DNA from: an uncultured Nitrospiraceae bacterium
GTDB taxonomy: Bacteria > Nitrospirota > Thermodesulfovibrionia > Thermodesulfovibrionales > Dissulfurispiraceae
Length of the DNA: 64,000 bases
Assembly (NCBI GenBank): GCA_963705105.1
Contig: CAVPIW010000010.1
Span: forward strand, 160,001 to 224,000
Direction of reading: 5' to 3'
The notes beneath the pieces are model-generated. The model was not told the origin of the DNA. It did not search any database and saw nothing but the letters and a program-made list of their open reading frames with translations. Numbering within the stretch: the first letter of the stretch is position 1; the number at the start of each line of letters is the position of its first letter. The translations under genes and the position numbers were made by a program. Of the stretch, positions 27,861 through 37,361 are shown piece by piece.

Positions 27861-29075
27861 ATGGAGATATTCCTGATCTTTGCCGTCTTGTCCCTGTTCG
27901 CCCTGGTCGCCTATGGCCTGCAGATACGCGCCGCACGCGCAGTCCTGGTTGAGGAGAAGGCATCTGAAGCCGTGGCGGTCAGCCGTGACCGGACCTGTCC
28001 ACCCGTTTCGATCCTCAAGCCCCTCAAAGGGCTGGACGACAACCTCTTCGACAACCTCGAGAGTTTCTGTGTGCAGGACTACCCGGAATACGAGGTCATC
28101 TTCTCCCTTCAGGACAGGAACGACCAAGCCTGCAAGGTGGCCGAAAAGGTCAGGGAAAGGCATCCTGACAAAAACATCACCATCATCACGGAGAAAACCA
28201 ATGCGGGCCTCAACCCCAAGATAAACAACCTTATCCCGGCCTACCGCGTTTCCCGTTACGACCACGTTCTGATAAGCGACAGCAACGTCCTGGTCGGCAG
28301 GGACTATCTGCGGGAAATCATGGGCCGCATGGCCGATCAGCGTGTCGGCCTCGTCTCGAACCTCATCAAAGGCACGGGAGGACGCACCATCGGGTCCGTC
28401 CTGGAAAACCTCCATCTCAACTCCTTCATCATGGGGAGCGTCTGTTTTCTCGACCGGTCCCTGGGCATGCCCTGCGTCGTCGGCAAGTCCATGCTTTTCC
28501 GCAAGGACGACCTTGAAAAGATGGGCGGCCTGTGGTCCTTCAAGGATGTCCTCGCCGAGGATTACATGATGGGCAAAAGGATGCATGAAGCGGGCAAGAA
28601 GGTCGTGCTGTCCGGCTACATGGTGCAGAATGTGAATGATTACTGGGGGTTCCGCAGGTTCCTGAACAGGCACACGCGCTGGGGCAAGCTGCGCTGGAGG
28701 ATCGGCGGTATCAAATATGTGTCGGAGATCCTCACGAATGCGGTCTTCCTCTCCTCCATGCCCCTCATCTTCTGGGAGACGTCCCTCATGACATGTTCCC
28801 TCGCGGCGGCCGTGAGTTCGGTGAAGATCATGGGAGACCTCTACATCGGCAGAAAAATTCAGGCAGGCATGAACAGCGCGCTCTATCTCCTCTCGCCGGT
28901 CAAGGATCTCATCATCGGCATCCTTTGGTTCATCCCCCTCTTCAGCAGGACCGTCGTCTGGCGGGGCAACAGGTACTCCGTCGGGAAGGATTCCGTTCTC
29001 TCGCCCTGCGGTGCCGCCGCTACCCGGGATAGAAGAAGCCGTCTGATCGTCGCCATCAGGACACGTTTCGCCTGA
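27861..29075 (+). CDS. GT2/GT21 membrane glycosyltransferase (ceramide glucosyltransferase/HpnI-like)
   Basis: VSILKPLKGLD, QDYPEYEV, NPKINNL, ISDSNV, LAEDY, RHTRW; N- and C-terminal TM helices. Confidence 0.88.
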   Translation: MEIFLIFAVLSLFALVAYGLQIRAARAVLVEEKASEAVAVSRDRTCPPVSILKPLKGLDDNLFDNLESFCVQDYPEYEVIFSLQDRNDQACKVAEKVRERHPDKNITIITEKTNAGLNPKINNLIPAYRVSRYDHVLISDSNVLVGRDYLREIMGRMADQRVGLVSNLIKGTGGRTIGSVLENLHLNSFIMGSVCFLDRSLGMPCVVGKSMLFRKDDLEKMGGLWSFKDVLAEDYMMGKRMHEAGKKVVLSGYMVQNVNDYWGFRRFLNRHTRWGKLRWRIGGIKYVSEILTNAVFLSSMPLIFWETSLMTCSLAAAVSSVKIMGDLYIGRKIQAGMNSALYLLSPVKDLIIGILWFIPLFSRTVVWRGNRYSVGKDSVLSPCGAAATRDRRSRLIVAIRTRFA

Positions 29076-29145
29076 TCGGACCTGTTTTTCAATACTTTTC
29101 CACATTCCGTCTGCATAACAAAGACATCTGCAGCAATCGGGTCCC

Positions 29146-29200
29146 TGTAACGCAATTGTAAAGTCCGCTTCATCTTCCTGTAACCGGGCTTCCCTAAAAT
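29146..29200 (+). promoter_or_regulatory. Pho-box-like promoter 3
   Basis: TGTAAC 29146, TGTAAA 29157, CTTCAT 29168, TGTAAC 29179; TAAAAT at 29195. Confidence 0.7.
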
Positions 29201-29317
29201 AACGGCAAGACGAAAGGAGGTGGTGCGGCGATTTCGTCAAGGGAGAAACGAGGCGGCAGCACCCGCGGTGTCTTTTGGACTCCGCAGAACATCACATGAA
29301 TCACACAAGGAGGAACG

Positions 29318-31075
29318 ATGAAAGACTTCGCAAAACGCACACTGAGCACGGCCCTCGGCGCCCTGCTCACCCTGTCCCTGGCCGCTGCCCCGGCCCTGAG
29401 CGCAGACGACAAGCCTTTCCAGAAGAAGAACACCAAGTGGACGTCCGGCGACTTCCACCAGCACACCCTCTACACCGACGGATCGACGACCTTCGACTTC
29501 GTCATGGGCAAGAGCAACGAGTTCGACCTCGACTGGTGGGCCAACTCAGAGCATGGAGGGGGCAGAAACAGGGACGGCAACGGTCTTTTCTGGGATGCAC
29601 GAAATCCCAACCCCATCGTTGGTTGTCCGGCCGCGTCCGGAGGGCACCAGATCATGTGGCGCTGGCAGAGCCTGCGTGACTTCGTGTACCCTGACATCCT
29701 CCGGAACCGCTCCCTCTATCCTGAGAAAAAGATCTTTTCCGGCTTCGAGTGGAACGTGCCCGGTCACGAGCACTGCAGCACCGGCATCGTGGCCGACGAT
29801 GCAAGCGCCATCAGCGCCTTCGAGTACATGTTCGACGCGTCCGACAACGACATAAGCCGGAATGGAGAGGTAACACCTTACGGGATTCTCCAGAAGATGA
29901 ACGGCAGGACGTATGTCGGCTGCACTGGAGCAAGCAAGTCCTTCCCCGATAGACATGCCGATGCCGTCAGGGGCTGCGCCTGGATGCAGGATCAGTATAA
30001 ACCGGCAGTTCCCGGAAAGGCGACGATAGACAACGGCTGGATCGTCTTTGCCCACATCGAGCGCGACGGTTCCTGGAACCTCGTCAGCGGCGGCGGGTAC
30101 AACGTCGAACACTTCCGTGATTTCAACAACGCCGGTCCCGACGTGTGCTTCGGCTTCGAGGGGGCGCCCGGGCACCAGGTCAACAATGACCGCGGTTTCG
30201 GCAATGCAGTCACCTGTGATGCTTCGGGCGTCTGCACCTCCGACGACTTCGGCGGCACCTACGGAGGAGCAGGATTCTACACGGCAAAGGTCGGCGGCCT
30301 CTGGGACGCGCTTCTCGGTGAGGGCCGCAGGTGGTTCAACTTTGCCAGCTCCGACTACCACCGCCACTATACGGCAGGAGGCGACGACTTCTTCCCCGGG
30401 GAGTACCAGAAGAACTGGGTAAAGGTTGTCGACACGAACGCCGACGGCGACTATGACCTGAACGAGATCGCAAACGGCCTCCGCTCGGGCAACGTGTTCC
30501 ACGTCATGGGAGACCTCATCAGCGTCCTGGAGTTCAATGCAAAGTCCCGCGATCAGGAAGTCGAGATGGGCGGTGAGCTGAAGGCCGGCAAACCGATCAA
30601 CAATCTTCAGATCAAGATCAGGTTCAAGAGCCCCGTGATGAACAACTGCGCCGTTGACGGCGCCTTCATCACTTCCTGCGTTTCGCCCGTCGTCGATCAT
30701 ATAGATCTGATCGCCGGTGAAGTCACGGGCAAGGTCGATCCGTCAAGCCCTGAATACATGAATGCAATGAACCCGACGGCAAAAGTCATCGCCAGCTTCA
30801 CCGGCAAGGACTGGGAGAAGGACGACGAGGGCTACAACGTGATCGTTCACCACATCAAGGATGTGAACAGGAGCATGTATTTCAGGCTCCGCGGCACGAA
30901 CGTGCCCTGCGGTACGGAGTTCGAGACGAATCCTGCCACCCCGCTGCCCTCGGCCGACTACTGCAGCCCGCTGGCCGACGCGCTCGTGACGCAGAACATC
31001 GGCATCGACGGCGCGCAGGAGGCGTGGAACGACCTCTGGTTCTACTCGAACCCCATTTTCGTCTACGTAAAATAG
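29318..31075 (+). CDS. Secreted PHP-fold metallohydrolase, putative phosphoesterase
   Basis: Signal peptide; GDFHQHTLYTDG, NSEHGG, GFEWNVPGHEH, FAH, SSDYH, C-terminal WFYSNPIFV. Confidence 0.75.
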   Translation: MKDFAKRTLSTALGALLTLSLAAAPALSADDKPFQKKNTKWTSGDFHQHTLYTDGSTTFDFVMGKSNEFDLDWWANSEHGGGRNRDGNGLFWDARNPNPIVGCPAASGGHQIMWRWQSLRDFVYPDILRNRSLYPEKKIFSGFEWNVPGHEHCSTGIVADDASAISAFEYMFDASDNDISRNGEVTPYGILQKMNGRTYVGCTGASKSFPDRHADAVRGCAWMQDQYKPAVPGKATIDNGWIVFAHIERDGSWNLVSGGGYNVEHFRDFNNAGPDVCFGFEGAPGHQVNNDRGFGNAVTCDASGVCTSDDFGGTYGGAGFYTAKVGGLWDALLGEGRRWFNFASSDYHRHYTAGGDDFFPGEYQKNWVKVVDTNADGDYDLNEIANGLRSGNVFHVMGDLISVLEFNAKSRDQEVEMGGELKAGKPINNLQIKIRFKSPVMNNCAVDGAFITSCVSPVVDHIDLIAGEVTGKVDPSSPEYMNAMNPTAKVIASFTGKDWEKDDEGYNVIVHHIKDVNRSMYFRLRGTNVPCGTEFETNPATPLPSADYCSPLADALVTQNIGIDGAQEAWNDLWFYSNPIFVYVK

Positions 31076-31098
31076 ACTGACGTCCCTTCCTCGATAAT

Positions 31099-31135
31099 GC
31101 CGGGGTGGAAATCTCCACCCCGGCGCTGAAAAAAG
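31099..31135 (+). terminator. Probable terminator hairpin
   Basis: GCCGGGGTGGA-AATC-TCCACCCCGGC right after the stop codon; no clear U tract on this strand. Confidence 0.5.
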
Positions 31136-31147
31136 ACCAATCCGTGA

Positions 31148-31202
31148 TGTCACGCAATCTTCACCTTCCTGAAATACTCCTGTAACATCCCTCTGGTAAT
31201 CT
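31148..31202 (+). promoter_or_regulatory. Pho-box-like promoter 4
   Basis: TGTCAC 31148, CTTCAC 31159, TGAAAT 31170, TGTAAC 31181; TGG-TAATCT at 31197. Confidence 0.7.
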
Positions 31203-31236
31203 TGGAATAGACAAAGATCAAGCAAGGAGGTATCTC

Positions 31237-31443
31237 ATGATGAACGCCGAGGCGTTAAAACCCGCCGGATTCAGAGTCGAAAGGGAATACGAGTTCACAT
31301 GCCCGTATTGCGACGACTTGACGAACATCTGCGGGGCCTCTCTCTCATCCATGGCGATCACCTGGAAGAAGAGGGTCCTGCTGTGCAACAGCGAGAATCA
31401 CGACAACTGCCCCGTCTATCTCGCAAAGTGCCTGAGGGGATAG
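31237..31443 (+). CDS. Small four-Cys protein, paralog 2
   Basis: AAGGAGG RBS; CPYCDDLTNIC-x17-C-x7-CPVY. Confidence 0.75.
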   Translation: MMNAEALKPAGFRVEREYEFTCPYCDDLTNICGASLSSMAITWKKRVLLCNSENHDNCPVYLAKCLRG

Positions 31444-31446
31444 GCC

Positions 31447-31644
31447 ATGTGCCCCAACTTCAATCTTATCGAGGGGATCTGCGAACTGGCCGGGATCGAG
31501 CCGTCGCGGATCGGCTGCGTCGGCGAGTGCACGTGCTTCTGCAACGACTGGGACGAGTGCAGGGTCTATGAGTCCCAGTTCGTGCTGCATTGCGAGGAAT
31601 ACAGTCATTTCCTCGCGGTGACGGAATTTGTAACGGAATTGTAA
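31447..31644 (+). CDS. Small four-Cys protein, paralog 3
   Basis: Starts 3 bp after paralog 2; CPNFNLIEGIC-x17-C-x7-CRVY with extra Cys residues. Confidence 0.7.
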   Translation: MCPNFNLIEGICELAGIEPSRIGCVGECTCFCNDWDECRVYESQFVLHCEEYSHFLAVTEFVTEL

Positions 31645-31688
31645 CAATCCCGTAATCAGCCTGTAAAAGTAATGTGTTTCAATATAAG
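31629..31688 (+). promoter_or_regulatory. Pho-box-like promoter 5
   Basis: TGTAAC 31629, TGTAAC 31640, CGTAAT 31651, TGTAAA 31662; -10 less clear. Confidence 0.7.
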
Positions 31689-31719
31689 CATGGCAACGGT
31701 GTTCTCCATGACAGAGGCG

Positions 31720-31994
31720 ATGGCAGGCGACGAAATACAGTGCCCCCGGTGCTGTTCCTACGTGCTGTACCGTTACGGCAAGAACCCTTGGGAAAGCAGC
31801 GCTTTCTCTGTCTCATGTGCGGACGGCAATTCGCACCGGAACGGACCAGGATTGCGATGAAGGAAAAGCCGGCCTGCCCGAAGTGCGGAAGGCCGATGCA
31901 TCTCTATAAAAAAGAGGAGAACATTGTTCGGTTCCGTTGTGCCCATTATCCCGAATGCAAGACATTTTTAAAAAAGAATAAAGAGGAGGAGTGA
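31720..31994 (+). CDS. Double zinc-ribbon protein (InsA-like plus topoisomerase C4-like finger), one-base frameshift near 31789
   Basis: CPRCCSYVLYRYGKNP | GKQRFLCLMCGRQF...CPKCGRPM...RCAHYPECK across two frames. Confidence 0.65.
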
Positions 31995-31995
31995 A

Positions 31996-32367
31996 GTGAG
32001 CTACTACATGCACCACGTTCCCGGAAGGCTGAGAGTCAAATCGCCGCTCATTAAGGGCCACGAGCGCAGGGCCGATGAAGTCCGCTCCCAGATCGAATCC
32101 CTCGGCGGTGTCACATCGGCATCGGTCAACACCCTGACGGGCAGCGTCGTCATCAATTACGACTCGTCGGCCATAGAGGCGCGGCAGATCCAGGACACAC
32201 TGAACCGGACGGGATACTTCGACACCTCCAGGGCGGTGTCCAACGATGAATATATTCACAGCATGGCATCAAAGGCAGGCCAGGTCATCGGCAAAGCCGT
32301 TTTCGGAGCCTTTGTGGAAAAGGCATTCGAAGGCTCCGCCCTGTCTCTGCTGGCTGTATTGATATAA
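31996..32367 (+). CDS. HMA2 domain protein
   Basis: HHVPGRLRVK...GVTSASVNTLTGSVVINYD. Confidence 0.85.
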   Translation: MSYYMHHVPGRLRVKSPLIKGHERRADEVRSQIESLGGVTSASVNTLTGSVVINYDSSAIEARQIQDTLNRTGYFDTSRAVSNDEYIHSMASKAGQVIGKAVFGAFVEKAFEGSALSLLAVLI

Positions 32368-32404
32368 ACTACCCCCCTCCTATCGGAGTCACTCACTCCG
32401 AACA

Positions 32405-32438
32405 AGAAAGCCCGTCCCCCGACGGGCTTTCGCGTTTC
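32405..32438 (+). terminator. Rho-independent terminator
   Basis: GAAAGCCCGTC-CCCC-GACGGGCTTTC hairpin followed by GCGTTT. Confidence 0.6.
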
Positions 32439-32441
32439 AAA

Positions 32442-32990
32442 GTTAACCTTATCGTTGCAATACACTTCCGGGAAAGGCGGGGCTGGGGTGAATGCGCCGA
32501 AAACCTTGATGCGGCGACACCTGTATCAAAACGAAAGATGAACTATTCGCCAATGGTCGATGACACAAAGAGTGGAATCCTGTAGGGGCCGTTCCCCGAA
32601 CGGCCCGACATTAATGACGCTTCCCATACGGATCATTTCAGGCAAAGGGCTGAACAAAATTAACCTTTTACGGACACTCACACTGACACTGTTTTTCAGA
32701 GCGCTTCGCCACGCCTTTCCATGCAACTGAAAGGTTAATCAATGGTCATGGTATCCAGAATAACGTCGCACGAGGATAGGGCATGCCTTCTTCGCAAAAT
32801 AAACTACCTTTCCTCTTGTGCAAATCTTGTTCTGGAGATAGACGCTGTCGCAAGCACACTGTGCGGCTCCCGCTGCGGCTTGCGCCTTCGACTCCCGCCG
32901 CCGTTCACATTACCCGTGAATTTTGCTTCAGAAACCACACCCTATCCTCGTCTTCAAAGTTGCACCGTACGATATTTTGGACAGGGGTGA
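32442..32990. repeat. Composite of MITE-like, REP and second-family repeat modules
   Basis: TTAACCTTATCGTTGCAATAC...TGCAACTGAAAGGTTAA (32442-32738) enclosing a GTAG REP and ACACTG hexamers, then a copy of the 17780-18105 family. Confidence 0.8.
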
Positions 32991-33040
32991 TCACGGGTAT
33001 ACAAAAAAATGAGGCACGAGGATAGGCGATGATCTTGGAA

Positions 33041-34243
33041 TCAGGACGGGAAGACGCTCTTGAGAAGGGCCACCTTGTCCGTCACCTCCCAGGGCAGGCC
33101 GATATCCATGCGGCCCACGTGGCCATAGGCTGCGAGCTTCCTGAAAAAGCCGCCCTTGACCGTGGCAGGGAGGTAGCGCAGGTTGAATTGCCTGAGAATG
33201 CCCGCCAGGCGGAAGTCGAAGTGCTCCTCTACGGCCGCTGCGATCTCCCGGTCTGAGACCCGTCCGGTCCCGAAGGTCTCCACCTGAACGCTAACGGGAC
33301 GGGACAGACCGATGGAGTAGCTCAACTGGACCTCGCACTCGCTTGCAAGACCGGCGGCGACGACGTTCTTCGCCGCATACCGCGCCGCATAGGCCCCGAT
33401 CCGGTCGATCCTTTTCGGGTCCTTGCCGCTCAGTGCCGCCCCGCTGTGGCGGGAGTACTCTCCGTATGTATCGATTGCGTTCTTCCGCCCCGTGAGCCCC
33501 GAGTGGACGGAGGGGCCCCCGACGATGAAGGGGCCGTCGGGATTGATGAAAATCCTCGTCTTGTCGTCGGGCCTGACCTGTTCGTCATGAAAAACGGGGT
33601 CGATGACTGCATCCCTGATGTCTTTCCTCAATTGGGCGAGGGAGGGAGTCTCGGGTGTGTTCTGGCTCGCTATGACGGCGAGGCTGTGAATCCTGAAGGG
33701 TTTCCGGTTCCGGTACTCCACTCCCACCTGGGTCTTTCCGTCCGGCGCGAGATAGGGCAGGAATTTCTGCAGCCTGGCAGACGTCAGTCTTCTCGCAAGC
33801 TTGTTGGCTATCCAGATGGGCAGAGGCATAAATGCCGACGTCTGGTCACAGGCGAAACCGAACACGGTCACCTGGTTCCTGACGGGGATGAGATCGATCT
33901 CGTCGTCCGTCAGCTCCTTTTCGTTGAAACAGCAGTACTCGTCCTGCTGCATCTCTTTCAGGCTCGTAAGTATGCTGCAGCTCTTGCCGTTGAATGAGGG
34001 ATGATCGTAGCCGACCTGGCTGATGACCTTACGCGCGATATAGGGGAAATCGACGACGGCGCTCGAACTGAAGCGGGCGGCGATGAAAACGATGGACGTC
34101 GAGACGGCGCACTCGGCGATGACGCTCGCAAAGGGGTCCTGCTGCAAAAAATGGTCAACGATGGCGTCGCTGATCTGGTCGCAGAGTTTATCGGGATGTC
34201 CTTCCGTCACGGATTCGGACGTGAACATGAAATCCTCTTTCAT
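33041..34243 (-). CDS. metK: Methionine adenosyltransferase (divergent, probably a secondary copy)
   Basis: FTSESVTEGHPDKLCDQISD, PDGKTQV, SGLTGRK, GAALSGKDPKRIDR, AAYGHVGR; canonical GAGDQG appears as PVRNQV. Confidence 0.9.
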   Translation of the reverse strand: MKEDFMFTSESVTEGHPDKLCDQISDAIVDHFLQQDPFASVIAECAVSTSIVFIAARFSSSAVVDFPYIARKVISQVGYDHPSFNGKSCSILTSLKEMQQDEYCCFNEKELTDDEIDLIPVRNQVTVFGFACDQTSAFMPLPIWIANKLARRLTSARLQKFLPYLAPDGKTQVGVEYRNRKPFRIHSLAVIASQNTPETPSLAQLRKDIRDAVIDPVFHDEQVRPDDKTRIFINPDGPFIVGGPSVHSGLTGRKNAIDTYGEYSRHSGAALSGKDPKRIDRIGAYAARYAAKNVVAAGLASECEVQLSYSIGLSRPVSVQVETFGTGRVSDREIAAAVEEHFDFRLAGILRQFNLRYLPATVKGGFFRKLAAYGHVGRMDIGLPWEVTDKVALLKSVFPS

Positions 34244-34283
34244 AGATTGCCTCCTCTGGGTGGATTCAATGATGCCACGTCTC

Positions 34284-37200
34284 TCATGCAGCTTTCTCCC
34301 CTGCCTTCTTGGTCGCTTCATTGATGAGAAGCGGCATCACCGCCGCCCCGCCGATGACAGCGCCGTCGATGACCGAAATGGGGGCGATCCCGAGAAGACC
34401 ACGCAGCCCCGGAACGATGAGGGCAAGGGCCTGCAGGACCAGAGATCCGGCAACGGACGCGGTGAGGAAACGGTTCGGCGGGAGCGGCTGCATCCCGCCC
34501 GGCCCGGTGCTGTCAAAAATGCTGTGCCTCTCGGACCTGCAACTCAGGGCGTGCAGGATCTGCCCGATCGTGAGGCTCATGAACGCCATCGATCCGGCCC
34601 GTGGTCCCCGACCGTACCTGGCGACACCATACCCGTAGGCCGCCATGGTACCCGCAGAGAGGACAGCCGACTCGAAGGTGATCCGCCTGAAGTCCGAGGG
34701 CTTGACGATGGGCTCCCGGGGGTCCCTCGGGGGCATGCTGAGCACGTCGGGCTCGGGCGGCTCCAGGGCGAGGGCGAGACCCGGTGCGATGTCCGAGACG
34801 AGGTTGATCCAGAGGAGCTGCATCGGGCTGAGAGGATGACCGAGGCCTCCCGCAATGGACAGGAACATGACCATGATCTCGCTGAGGTTCGTGGACAGGA
34901 GAAAATGAAGAGACTTCCTGATGTTGTTATAGATCGTCCTGCCCTGACTGACGGCGATCACCAGTGTTTCGAGATTGTCGTTTTCGAGGACCACGTCAGC
35001 CACTTCCCTGGCGACGTCGGTCCCTGTGTGGCCCATGGCGACGCCGATGTCGGCTGCCTTGAGCGCAGGTCCGTCGTTGATGCCGTCGCCCGTCATGGCG
35101 ACGGTCCGGCCTGCCTTCTGGAGGGACTGCACGATCTCGAGCTTGTGGGCGGGACTGACCCGCGAGAAGACATGGACACGTTCGCAGAGCGCCGTCAGGA
35201 CCTCGGGAGGCAGCTGCGACAGGTTGCGCGAATCGAGGATCTCGAGCTGCTCCCCTTTGCTTAGGTCCAGCTCCTTTCCGATGGCCTGGGCCGTCGGCGT
35301 CTGGTCGCCCGTAATCATGACCGTGGCGATCCCCGCGCTGTGGAATTGACCGATCAGGTCCTTGACGCCGTCCCTGATGGGATCGGTCATGCCGACCATA
35401 CCGAGCCATGTGAGACCGTCGGATATGTCCTCATCGTCCGTTACGGGGAATGCCTCATCGGTATACGCGTAAGCCGCTCCGAGCACCCGCAGGGTCTCCG
35501 CGGCCATGTGCTCATTGGCGAGCTCGATGGTGAGACGGTTCTCGTCCGTCAGAGGGATTTTTTCGCCGTTCCTGAGCTGCCAGGAACAGAGGGCGAGGAC
35601 TTCCTGGGGGCTCCCTTTGACCGCCACCACCCGCCCCCTGCCGATGGCCGTATCATGATAGCTCACCATGAAGTTCCTCGTCTCGGAGCGGTGGACGATC
35701 CTGATAAGGGGAAACTTCTGCTTCACGTTCAGGACACTGACGCCCGAGTCGATGGCGAGGTGTATGAGGGCGTTTTCCGTGGGGGAGCCTGTAACGACAT
35801 ACTTCCCCTCCTGACCGGCGACGTCGCTCTCGTTGCAGAGCACGCCCACATGGATGAGCCGGAGAAGTTCATCGCACCGGTAGGGGTTGAGAAACTCCGC
35901 GCCGTCGTGATACTTCCCGCCGGCCACGCTGATGCGCCGCGATCCGGAATGAACCTCGCGGACGGTCATCCTGTTGTACGTAAGCGTCCCTGTCTTGTCC
36001 ATGCAGATGGTCTGGACCGACCCGAGGGTCTCGACGGCTTCGAGGTGCCGGATGAGCACATGATGTCTTCGCATGTTCCTGATGCCGAGGGCGAGAGTGG
36101 TCGTGGCAACCGCGGGAAGGCCCTCGGGCACGGCGGCGACGGCGAGGGAGATCGAAGATTTGAGCATCTCGAGGAAACCGTATCCCCTCAGAAGGCCTAT
36201 GAGCATCACGAGCAGGCAGACCCCGCCGGAGATGATCACAAGCTGGTTGCTCATCCGGTCAAGCTGCCTCTCCATGGGAGTCTCCGGAGGTCTTGCCTCG
36301 CCCACGAGCGCCTGGATCATGCCGATTTCGGTGTACTTGCCCGTTGCGACAACGACAGCGATGCCCTGCCCGCCCGTTGCCAAAGTTCCCATGTAGACCA
36401 TGTTCGTCCTGTCGGCGAGGGCAATGTCGTTTCTCGGAAGAGACCCCGTCTCTTTCGTCACGGGCATGCTTTCACCTGTCAGTGCCGACTCGTCGACGCT
36501 CAGGTGCCTCGCCTCGATGAGCCGGGCATCGGCGGCGATATAGCTGCCGGGCTTCAACACGAGCAGGTCGCCGGGCACGATGTCCTCGGCCCTCACCTCC
36601 TGCACTGTCCGGTCCCTGACAACGGACGCCGACGGCCTGACAAGAGTCTTCAGGGAATGGATCGTCTTTTCTGACTGGCTTTCCGTGACGTAACCGATGA
36701 CAGCATTCGTCGCGACGACGCCTGCGATGACAAGGGCATCGGCGATGCCGCCCGTCAGGATGGACACGGCCGCCGCAACGCCGAGAAGAGCGACGGGAAG
36801 GGACTTGAACTGGCCGAGGAAGATGGAGAGGCCCGAGCGGGGTACCGATTCCGGGAGCAGATTGGGGCCGTATCGTTTCAGGTTGGCATTGGCCTGTTCG
36901 TCCGTCAGTCCCCGCGCGGAATCGACGTCGAAGGCGCGGACGACGGAAGAGGCTTCCAGAACATGCCAGGACTGGACGGACTGGTCTTCAGCGTCAATGA
37001 TAAGTTTGCGGAGTTTCCTCCTGCTCCGGAGATGGCGACCCGGCTCGGGTTTCTGCGAAACCTCCGTTTCCGTCGTCGTCTGTCGGACGGCTCTCGACGG
37101 TCCCCCGCCGTTGCCCCCCTTCCTGTATTCGGAAACAATGACCTCCAGAACCGCCGCGATCGACTGCGGCGTATTCCCGGAGTTATAAATGACGAGGGCG

Positions 37201-37352
37201 TTCCCCGTCAGGTCGCTCACGGAGTAGTTGATTATGTCACGATGTTGCGCGAGCCTGCTTTCGAGAAACCGCCTGAGCTGACCGGACCGGAAGAGTCCGT
37301 CGATTTTATAACGGGCCCTTCCCCTGACGGCGGTGTGAATCGCCTTGACCAC
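34284..37352 (-). CDS. P-type cation ATPase (P2A, Ca2+-like) with N-terminal HMA2-like domain
   Basis: IHTAVRGRARYK N-terminus, LTGES, AVPEGL, DKTGTLT, KGSP, MITGD, MTGDGINDGPALK, LWINLVSD. Confidence 0.92.
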   Translation of the reverse strand: MVKAIHTAVRGRARYKIDGLFRSGQLRRFLESRLAQHRDIINYSVSDLTGNALVIYNSGNTPQSIAAVLEVIVSEYRKGGNGGGPSRAVRQTTTETEVSQKPEPGRHLRSRRKLRKLIIDAEDQSVQSWHVLEASSVVRAFDVDSARGLTDEQANANLKRYGPNLLPESVPRSGLSIFLGQFKSLPVALLGVAAAVSILTGGIADALVIAGVVATNAVIGYVTESQSEKTIHSLKTLVRPSASVVRDRTVQEVRAEDIVPGDLLVLKPGSYIAADARLIEARHLSVDESALTGESMPVTKETGSLPRNDIALADRTNMVYMGTLATGGQGIAVVVATGKYTEIGMIQALVGEARPPETPMERQLDRMSNQLVIISGGVCLLVMLIGLLRGYGFLEMLKSSISLAVAAVPEGLPAVATTTLALGIRNMRRHHVLIRHLEAVETLGSVQTICMDKTGTLTYNRMTVREVHSGSRRISVAGGKYHDGAEFLNPYRCDELLRLIHVGVLCNESDVAGQEGKYVVTGSPTENALIHLAIDSGVSVLNVKQKFPLIRIVHRSETRNFMVSYHDTAIGRGRVVAVKGSPQEVLALCSWQLRNGEKIPLTDENRLTIELANEHMAAETLRVLGAAYAYTDEAFPVTDDEDISDGLTWLGMVGMTDPIRDGVKDLIGQFHSAGIATVMITGDQTPTAQAIGKELDLSKGEQLEILDSRNLSQLPPEVLTALCERVHVFSRVSPAHKLEIVQSLQKAGRTVAMTGDGINDGPALKAADIGVAMGHTGTDVAREVADVVLENDNLETLVIAVSQGRTIYNNIRKSLHFLLSTNLSEIMVMFLSIAGGLGHPLSPMQLLWINLVSDIAPGLALALEPPEPDVLSMPPRDPREPIVKPSDFRRITFESAVLSAGTMAAYGYGVARYGRGPRAGSMAFMSLTIGQILHALSCRSERHSIFDSTGPGGMQPLPPNRFLTASVAGSLVLQALALIVPGLRGLLGIAPISVIDGAVIGGAAVMPLLINEATKKAGEKAA

Positions 37353-37361
37353 GTACTCTGC

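Noticed and set aside
27525..29240. Long antisense ORFs (27525..29240, 25434..26858, 35340..36674 and others)
   Set aside because: Shadows of real genes caused by high-GC codon bias; no recognisable motifs.
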